From positions 25,067 through 89,066 of the IMG/VR virus record IMGVR_UViG_3300050821_006637: a stretch of 64,000 bases of DNA. One strand, given 5' to 3'. A model generated the notes under the pieces. That model was given only the letters and a program-made list of their open reading frames with translations. It had not been told where the DNA came from and made no database searches. A program made the position numbers and the translations under genes. This document shows positions 18,840-27,000 of this stretch, one piece after another; the first letter of the stretch is position 1; each line of letters begins with the position of its first letter. The DNA comes from a virus.

Positions 18840-21800
18840 ACTTCCTCTCCCTCAAAGAAATTGAATTTCGTCTAAAAGAAACCGACAATCCCGAATGGAT
18901 TGAACGGGCTACTCCCCTTTTGAAAGAAGCCTTCCGCCAATGGCGTCATCTTCACTCAAAATCTGCGAGTCGCTCTCCACAAGGGAAGGAAATGGCTTCT
19001 GTCCATCCTTCTCCTTACTCAAAGATGCTTTATTCTAAGAAAGCCCGTCCAAAAGTCACTTTTACTGGCAGACAGACGGATGCACAAGGACGGCAGACTT
19101 GCTTTAGAGGTGGAAAACACGCTCCATGCGAGGAATTTGGCGGACAGAATCAAGGATGGACGGGAGTAGAGCAAGAGCACTTACAGAAGGAGGGAGAAAA
19201 GGACTTAGAAACGACGGAAATAGAGCAGAAGAAGCCAAAACTACCTGAAAAAGTGGGCGAAAATCCGCAGATACAGCAACCAGAACAGCCAGAAGCAGAA
19301 GAAAGGGCGAAAATACAGCCAAATCCGTCAAAAGTAGAAGGATTTACGGAGGAACAGCCAGAACAGGTGAAAACCACAGAGGAGCCGAAGAAACCGCTTC
19401 CAAGTTCTCCGTCTACGAAACCTATTTCCAAATTTAAGATATCTTCGGAAAACGCCAAGTTAAATCCTTATTTTGATGATGGGTATTGGGAGGAGATTAA
19501 GGAGTCCATACGGGGTTTAATTTCGAGTGGAAGTGAATCTTCTATACAAACTCAAGATATAACACAGGACCAAACGGCTGGTATCCTCGCTTCATTTGTT
19601 GGGGCTCCTCCTAATTCTACTATACAAGTGTTCGATGTTAGCCAGAAGAGTGGGGGACGTTACACTACCCTTGATGTGACGAATCCTATGTTTAAGAATT
19701 GTGTAAGAACTCTACTCGTCCGTTCAAATGGCACTAAGGAGATAAGGAATGAAGAATTAGTCCTAAAGCCGCAATACAGAAACAATGGCGAGGGGTCTAA
19801 CATCTTTTATGCTCAAGTGCAAAATGCGGCTGCTTATGGGTTCTCGGAAATATCTACTTCAGCGGGTAGTGGACGAGATATGAACGGGGTTACTACATGG
19901 CCACTGCTGGGTTATGATGCTTCTATCCAAGAACTTTTTGATGGGTTAAGAAATCCTGAATCCTATGACTATTTTAAAAGAATTTTCCCAAACGCATACA
20001 GCATAAGTGAAATTATTGAGTCGCCCGAGGTGCCTTTATCTAAAGACCAGTTGCGTCAGGTTAATTATTCACTGGCTTCCTTGGCACAATGGCGGGGTTT
20101 GCCTTACACTAAGAAAAATGTTGTGAATGGAAGGGATTGGTGGAAGGCTTTTATACAGCAAAGTCGTCATCTTACTATTTCTGTTGATATGACATTTAAC
20201 CTACATGAAGGCTCTACCTCCCGTAGGATTTTAGAAGCCTATATGAAACAACGTCAAAGGAGAACCAAGGCAATGGATATGCCGAAAGAAGATTATGAGG
20301 ACATTAACTTAGCCCCGTGGGAGGAAGAAGCCTTAGAACGTGCGTGGGATAGTTTGGATAAGCAAACTTACGGACAGAAAGGTCTTCCTCCACTCCCCGA
20401 CCAGACAGAAACTACTCTTAAATCTCCTCCCAAGGTTCCTCAATCTCGCTTCCATTCCTTCTTCCACGAACATAAAGCACTCGGAGAACGGAAAGCACCT
20501 CCTGCTCCAGGCAAGTATCCCAGTGACCTCAATGTCTCTAAGGTCACTTCCAATCCCTTACCCAATGCCCATCCGCCAGGAGAGCAACCACCCCCAGTTC
20601 CAGAGAATTCCGTCCAACACGGAGCACCAGATACGGCTGCTCTCCAACAGATAGAACGATTGGTTGGAGAAAGGGGACAGGGGACTGGATTAGCACACGA
20701 AATCCGTGCCCATCAAGTGGATGCGTCTATCCTCCAGCAATTCCAAGCACACGGAGTTGCCTCACTCACGGACTTATCTAGCTTTCTAAGACAGCAAGGA
20801 GAAGCGGATTCTGCGAACTTAACAGAATTCCACGATGATGAGTCTCCTTTCGTGGTTTTGAGTCAACCTCAACAGCAGATAAGTGGACAGAATGCGCCTT
20901 CCGTGGTAGTGGGGAAGCCATATGATAGAGTTATCCATCTTTTAGAGGAGGCATTCCCTGGAGTTCACTTCTTGCCAGTGGAAGAGGCGGCGAATCAGTT
21001 GAAAGAGGCGGCTCAGAGCAATCCGTTGCCAGCAGCGAAAAGTTTTGGACAGAAGTCTAACTCTGTTGTTGACAACACGAACACGAAGTTGCCGCGGATG
21101 CCGAGTCACCAGACACAGAGTACGAGCAAGCCGGGAGGTGCCCAGCAACAGCCCCAGCAAGCCCCTACACAAGCCCCACAAGCTGTTCAACCAGTGCAAC
21201 AGGCTATACCAGCACCTTTGGCACAGACGCAGTCTACAACACATTTCCAGCCCCAAATACAGCAACCTGTTGAACAATCTGCTCAACCACTAAACCAAGC
21301 GTCAGTTGAGCCAATTCAACAAATCGAAGCTCCACTCACTGGGACACAAGATTCCGGTGCTCTAAATCTTTCTCCAGAAGGACCGAATGCTTATTATGAC
21401 TATGCGTCTGCTTCACTCTACGGAGAAAAGATGGCAGAGCAGGCGCAGAAACTTTATGAACAACAAGGACTGCCTTATGAAGAAGCTGCCTCTCTAGCAA
21501 AGGATGCTTATAATCAAGCAGTGGACGAATGGAATCAAGCACGATGGAACGAAAAGGGAATGAATGAAGCCCCCCTCCCAGAAGGAGAAACCCTAACTTC
21601 TCTTACTACAGAAATAGGACGTTTTCTTAGTACGGCACCAGAAGTGAAGAAAGAAAAACTTGGGAAAGGCGAGAATGGTGCTTGGAACGTAGAAGTAGAA
21701 GGTGGTTATCGTGGTGTGCAGAAATTAGGGAGAGATGAAGCTTTTGATGCCGAAAGAACCACTGGGATTAAAAGTGGAACTATGTATCGCAGAGAAATTG

Positions 21801-22399
21801 CAACGAGTTCCGTAGCTAAAGCCATCCTTGGAGATAAATTTAATCTAGTACCGGAAACCGTCCTCCGTCTCCAGAATGGAGCTCCAGGCAGTATGCAGAG
21901 TTATGTTGAAAACTTTAGAGCAGCGAGTGAAGTTGACTCAAAAATAGCTTATGGCAATAATCGAGAAGCCCTCCAATGGGCTTGGGTTTTGGATTACTTG
22001 ACAGGAAACACAGATAGACATTTAGGTAATCACGGAATAAATGAATCTGGAGAATTAGTGTTGATAGACAATGGTTTGAGTATGCCGAGCAGAACAGCAC
22101 GATTTGAAAGAATGTTTGAGTACCGAGCGGCGAATATCCTTGCCCAAGGTATTACTAAAGATATAAAGCTGCCCGATGTCGCTTCCATCAAAGATAAATG
22201 GGCGACACTTGAAAAGATATTCATAGAATGTGGAATAGATGAAAGGGCGATAAATTTGGCTAAATATAGATGGAACGATTTAGTTCTATTCTCTGGTCGT
22301 GCGTGTAGAGACGTTCCGTCTCTTTCTGGTAATACGACTATGTACGGAATGTATACGAAACAGATAGACCTATTGAAAGCAAGAGGGATAAATGCTTAA
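18836..22399 (+). CDS. Multidomain polyprotein with GNAT-like domain and C-terminal PI3/4-kinase-like domain
   Basis: Start moved to ATG 18836 (ATGA overlap); LKPQYRNNGEG...AG...NGVTTWPLLGY (GNAT-like); REIA...LVPET...LDYLTGNTDRHLGN...LIDNG (kinase). Confidence 0.8.
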   Translation: MNFLSLKEIEFRLKETDNPEWIERATPLLKEAFRQWRHLHSKSASRSPQGKEMASVHPSPYSKMLYSKKARPKVTFTGRQTDAQGRQTCFRGGKHAPCEEFGGQNQGWTGVEQEHLQKEGEKDLETTEIEQKKPKLPEKVGENPQIQQPEQPEAEERAKIQPNPSKVEGFTEEQPEQVKTTEEPKKPLPSSPSTKPISKFKISSENAKLNPYFDDGYWEEIKESIRGLISSGSESSIQTQDITQDQTAGILASFVGAPPNSTIQVFDVSQKSGGRYTTLDVTNPMFKNCVRTLLVRSNGTKEIRNEELVLKPQYRNNGEGSNIFYAQVQNAAAYGFSEISTSAGSGRDMNGVTTWPLLGYDASIQELFDGLRNPESYDYFKRIFPNAYSISEIIESPEVPLSKDQLRQVNYSLASLAQWRGLPYTKKNVVNGRDWWKAFIQQSRHLTISVDMTFNLHEGSTSRRILEAYMKQRQRRTKAMDMPKEDYEDINLAPWEEEALERAWDSLDKQTYGQKGLPPLPDQTETTLKSPPKVPQSRFHSFFHEHKALGERKAPPAPGKYPSDLNVSKVTSNPLPNAHPPGEQPPPVPENSVQHGAPDTAALQQIERLVGERGQGTGLAHEIRAHQVDASILQQFQAHGVASLTDLSSFLRQQGEADSANLTEFHDDESPFVVLSQPQQQISGQNAPSVVVGKPYDRVIHLLEEAFPGVHFLPVEEAANQLKEAAQSNPLPAAKSFGQKSNSVVDNTNTKLPRMPSHQTQSTSKPGGAQQQPQQAPTQAPQAVQPVQQAIPAPLAQTQSTTHFQPQIQQPVEQSAQPLNQASVEPIQQIEAPLTGTQDSGALNLSPEGPNAYYDYASASLYGEKMAEQAQKLYEQQGLPYEEAASLAKDAYNQAVDEWNQARWNEKGMNEAPLPEGETLTSLTTEIGRFLSTAPEVKKEKLGKGENGAWNVEVEGGYRGVQKLGRDEAFDAERTTGIKSGTMYRREIATSSVAKAILGDKFNLVPETVLRLQNGAPGSMQSYVENFRAASEVDSKIAYGNNREALQWAWVLDYLTGNTDRHLGNHGINESGELVLIDNGLSMPSRTARFERMFEYRAANILAQGITKDIKLPDVASIKDKWATLEKIFIECGIDERAINLAKYRWNDLVLFSGRACRDVPSLSGNTTMYGMYTKQIDLLKARGINA

Positions 22400-22646
22400 A
22401 GTTCCTTTCTATAAGAATGCAAACTTCGCCCAGGAACTAATAGGATGGATTGTCCTTCGAGATAATCACCTCTCTGTCTATCCGTCTGATGCCCTGTCTC
22501 TGAAAGCCATCTTAGAGGGTCCTGTCATCAATAAAGATAACGAAGTTATCCTGTCGACAGAGGACCCCGAAGCCTGGTTGAAGGCACTTCCTCTCTTCTA
22601 TCGCGGTTCGTACTTCTGGGCTGGCAAAGCCGAAGAGGAAGAGTGA
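22392..22646 (+). CDS. Small kinase-associated protein (partner 2)
   Basis: Overlaps kinase gene stop; ends WLKALPLFYRGSYFWA. Confidence 0.65.
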   Translation: MLKVPFYKNANFAQELIGWIVLRDNHLSVYPSDALSLKAILEGPVINKDNEVILSTEDPEAWLKALPLFYRGSYFWAGKAEEEE

Positions 22647-22736
22647 TGAAGACTAAACATTTCTTGCCTTAAACATCACATCTAATCTATCGTTCCTATA
22701 GGGTCTTTCTTTTCTTCCTATTAGGAGACTATAGCC

Positions 22737-22961
22737 GTGCCTCAAATTAATCCACAGACTGGAATCCCAGAACCTTTGTCGCAGACTCCGGAGGAGAGTT
22801 TTCGAGCGACTTTGGACGACGTGATTCTGGTTATTCAAAAGTTGGCTCCACTCAGTGCCGATTTGGATAGTTTGGTTGAAACTCTTCAATTCGCACTGAA
22901 GAATGATTCTCAGTTGAATATGATTCTTCATTTGGTTCGTCCGGTGGGGTTGAAAAGGTAA
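22737..22961 (+). CDS. Hypothetical protein
   Basis: TAGGAG RBS, GTG start, 74 aa helical. Confidence 0.55.
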   Translation: MPQINPQTGIPEPLSQTPEESFRATLDDVILVIQKLAPLSADLDSLVETLQFALKNDSQLNMILHLVRPVGLKR

Positions 22962-23034
22962 ATTACTAATAGAGGGGTGCTTGGTTGCTATACTATAGTA
23001 GGGTTTCAGCAATTTCCTATTATAGGAGACAATC

Positions 23035-24096
23035 ATGCAGGCAACAAAGAGAACTGGTGTTTATCTTTGGAAGTGCTTAGTGTCTGGGAAATGTTATGTT
23101 GGAAGTGCTTCTATCTCTTTTAAGGACAGGAAGAAGAGTCATTTAAGTGATTTACGAAGGGGAATTCATTATAATCGGTATTTTCAGGCTGCTTGGAATA
23201 AGTATGGTGAAGACACGTTTGAGTATTGGGAATTAGAAGTATGTCCTCCAGACCAGTGTATTGAAAGGGAGCAGTATTGGCTAGATTTGTATCAGGCAGC
23301 TGATTCTAGATATGGGTACAATTTATCCCCAACTGCTGGAAACTGCCGTGGCGTCATAAAAAGTGAGGAGGCAAGAGCCAAGCATTCCGTATTGATGAAG
23401 AAAAGATATGAAGACCAAGAAGAAAGAGAAAAAACAAGGCTCTGCACAAAAGAGGCATATGACGACCCTGGGTTAAGGGGAAAGATTTCTCAAGCAGTAA
23501 GAGCAGCAAATGAACGACCAGGGATTGTAGAGAAAAGGGCTGCTGCGGTTAAAAAGTCTTATGAGGACTTCCCTCTTCGTAAGAAAAAGAAGGCTGAAGA
23601 AGGTCTAGAGAATTGGAATAAGGCAACAGAAGAGGAGAAGAAAAGTCGGTTATCTGGTCTTGTTGCTTGTTGCACGGATCCAGAACTCAAGAAGAAGAAA
23701 ACTGAAGCCGTTCGTGCTGCTTGGGAAAATAAAACAGATGAAGAGAAAGCGGCTTACGCAGAAAAGAAAAGAAAAGATTTATCCAGTCCAGAGGTAAGGA
23801 AGAGGATTTCTGAAGGATGTAAGAAAGGCTGTGCTATACCAGGACAAAAGGAACGGAAATCTAAAGCCACTGCCGAAGGATGGAAAGACCCTGAGAGTAG
23901 GGCGAAGAGGATAGAAGGGCTTAAAAGAGCCGCTGCCACTAATAAGAAAGCGGCGGAAAAGCGTGTCGCAGGGATTAAAGCAGCCTGGGCAGACCCTGAG
24001 AAACGAGCGAAGCGGTTAGCGGCTATTAAAGAAGGTTGGGCGAGAAGAAGAGAAAGATTAAAAGAAGAGAAAACCAAGGTTCCAAAGGATGAATAA
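23035..24096 (+). CDS. Free-standing GIY-YIG homing endonuclease with basic helical (NUMOD3-like) repeats
   Basis: GVYLW...CYVGSA...R..H...EQYWLD...GYNL; repeated AWxDPE motifs. Confidence 0.88.
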   Translation: MQATKRTGVYLWKCLVSGKCYVGSASISFKDRKKSHLSDLRRGIHYNRYFQAAWNKYGEDTFEYWELEVCPPDQCIEREQYWLDLYQAADSRYGYNLSPTAGNCRGVIKSEEARAKHSVLMKKRYEDQEEREKTRLCTKEAYDDPGLRGKISQAVRAANERPGIVEKRAAAVKKSYEDFPLRKKKKAEEGLENWNKATEEEKKSRLSGLVACCTDPELKKKKTEAVRAAWENKTDEEKAAYAEKKRKDLSSPEVRKRISEGCKKGCAIPGQKERKSKATAEGWKDPESRAKRIEGLKRAAATNKKAAEKRVAGIKAAWADPEKRAKRLAAIKEGWARRRERLKEEKTKVPKDE

Positions 24097-27000
24097 AGAA
24101 GTTCTATCTCTGTTAGATGCAAGGGAAAAGGATTTCCCTTTCCTCGACTCGAGTCAATATAGTTACAAATTAGCAGGAGGATCATACGGGCATGACGTCC
24201 CAGTCGCCATTCGAGATTTGGATATAGATGAAAAAACGATGAGCCTGTGGATTCCCGTTTGTGACGGCAATCGCAGAGATGGAGTAGGAGATTTGCTCGA
24301 TGTCCTTGGAATTGACACTTCTAGGCATAAAAAGAACCCCATATGTTTATTAGATCATGGGAAACAGATTCCACTTCCAATTGCAAGAGCCAGAGAAGAC
24401 CCCAAAGATGAGGAATCTTACACCTTTCGAATAAATCCTGGGGAAAAGACGGCAGGATGTAGGGCATATTTTTATCAAGGAAAAGAGAATTGTGATGAAG
24501 TATTAGGATGCAAACAATTTGAGCACGGGATTCTATGTCACCAATTGTTCCATATGGCGGCAAACGGGTTTTTGAACTCAGGTTCCATAGGCTACCAAAT
24601 AATTTCTGCCGACCCACTTCCAGAAGATCCATATCGTGGCATACCACGAGGGATGCATCTACAAAGGATACTTGCCCTCGAGAATTCTTTAGTCGTTTTG
24701 CCGGCCTCTCAGGATACTGTAGGAAAGTCCACTAATACAGATGTATACCCCTACTCCGCCAAGCACTTGGAGGCTTGGGAATACACCCAAAAATCTCGCA
24801 TCTGTGGCTCCCCTCCCTCCCCCTACTTAATCAAAGCCTTCAGTTCCTTCGCTCCTCCTCATAAGGCACAAGTGGTAGGTGGCTATGATTCTAAAGGAAT
24901 GAGAACTATTATAGAAGATAGTTCTGGTAATCCTAGAGTCACTTCTAAACCATTAGGGAAAGGAGGAGTTGAAGATACTGCAAAGGATTTGTCTATTCAT
25001 ACAAAGTCGGCAGAAGCAATATTACACGGAAAACCACACCCCCCAGGATGTAAATGTGCCAAGTGTATCAAGGAACTCCCATCCAAAAAGTCCTGTTCTT
25101 GTGATTCCTGCTCCAAAGGTCACTCGTGTCCTTGCGACACGAAAACCAAGGGAGTGAAGGACTTAGAGAATCAACCTGCTTCTGCTCTTCCTGAGAAGCC
25201 GACGACGAAGCCTGTTCCCACGTCACAATCTGCTCCGGGTTCTCCGCAACCAGCACAGCAGACGAAAACACCGAAACAGGCTGCGAATGTAGGACAACAG
25301 ACTCCTCGTAACTTAACTCCTGCTCCTGCTCCAGTTCCTTCTCAACAGCAAGGACAGGCATCGCAGCAAGCGTCCGTTCAAAATACTCCACAAGGACAGA
25401 TAATAAATCCAGTTACGCCTAATGCCGCTCTCTCTGGCCTAAGTACTGGAGCAGTGGAGATACCACAAGGGCAGCAGATTCCTCTCGCTCCGGTTCCTAC
25501 TTTCAATCCTGCTCAACCTCAAAGAAATCCTGTCCAAAACACACCGCAAGGACAGACCCCTCCGCCTCTACCGAAACCAAAGTATCCCTACTCTCTACCT
25601 GTTCCCCCTGGTCAGCAAGCTGAACAAGCTCCACAAACCTCTGGTCCTCCTCCACTTACGCCTGAAAGACTTGCGGCTACGCAAAGAACGAATTTCAACC
25701 CCAAGAATCTTCATCTGAAGAAAGTCGATTACTCCAAGTTAACACCAGAGCAAGCGACGAAGAAAGCCACGCAAGCGGCTCTAGCTGCTGGTGCGAATAA
25801 AAAGCAAGCACAACAGATTGCGAAGCAAGTCGTAGAACAGATGAAGAGGATGGGGAATAGACAACATCGTCAACAGCGGAATGCTAGATGGACGCCCCAA
25901 GGACCGAAATCCTTGGATATGAATTTCCATATCAAGTCTCTCCGCTCTAAATATGGAAAGAAGTCCTTACCGAATACAGGTAGGAAGTTTGAGGCGACGC
26001 CAGATGGGTCTTCACTTACACCGAAACTTCGTGGTGCCCCCAAGGTTCCTGGTCCCAAGCCAGTTGGAGAAGGTGCTTCACAGACACCTCCTGTCACTCC
26101 TAAACAAGACCCTACTTTCAAACCAGTGAAAGAAACACCACCAGGAAATATTGAGGCGTATAGAAACGTCGGTGACGCCTCCAGTGGTGCATCAAATAAC
26201 GAATCTAGAGAACCTCTCACGGAAGGAAGTATTCTGCCAGAGGAAGGATTTGAAGAATACCAGGAATGGACTCCAGAGAGTAATGAAGTAGGAGAGGAAG
26301 GAAGTGGAGAAGCACAAGAATATTTAGAACCAGACCACATTGATTTATGGATAGGAAATCACGTAGCCAATCTTGTGGATTCTGGTGCCTTAGAAAATTG
26401 GAATAAGGAAGATGGTTTTGATGCCTCTATTACAGAAATAATGGATCAAATTAGTGACGAGGCAAGAGCAGAAGGGTTTGAGGGTGAAGAATATATCAAG
26501 ATTATGGATGGGGTAATAGAAAACCTTCGGCTCGTATGGCTTGATACATTTGGAGATTGGGGTGGTGAAGGAATCGGACCTTTTGAAAAATCCCTCCGCT
26601 CCAAATATGTGAACAAAGATTCAAAGAAAGAAAAGAACCCTCCAGCCAGACGAAATAAGAAGACTGCCAATCGTCATATGGCAGCAGGAATAAATTCTGC
26701 TTTGGATAAAAGTGCTGGACTTAAACATCTGGGAGTTCCTAGTATGAACATAGGGAACATAGGAATCAAATGGTTAGATAAAAAAAGTCTTCTGGGACTA
26801 CGAGACAAGTATAAGACGGCGAAGGGAAGACTGAAGCGACACAGGAAAGGTTCCCCTTCCAAGGCTTCTGTCCACGTATCCAGTAAAGACCTTGATAAAT
26901 TAAGAAAAGACGCCGAATCTAAAGGCGTTGCCGTCAAGTGGAGAAGTGATGATGGAAAAGGGATGGCGAAAGTCCTTTTAGAAGGTGATGGCGGCGTCAT

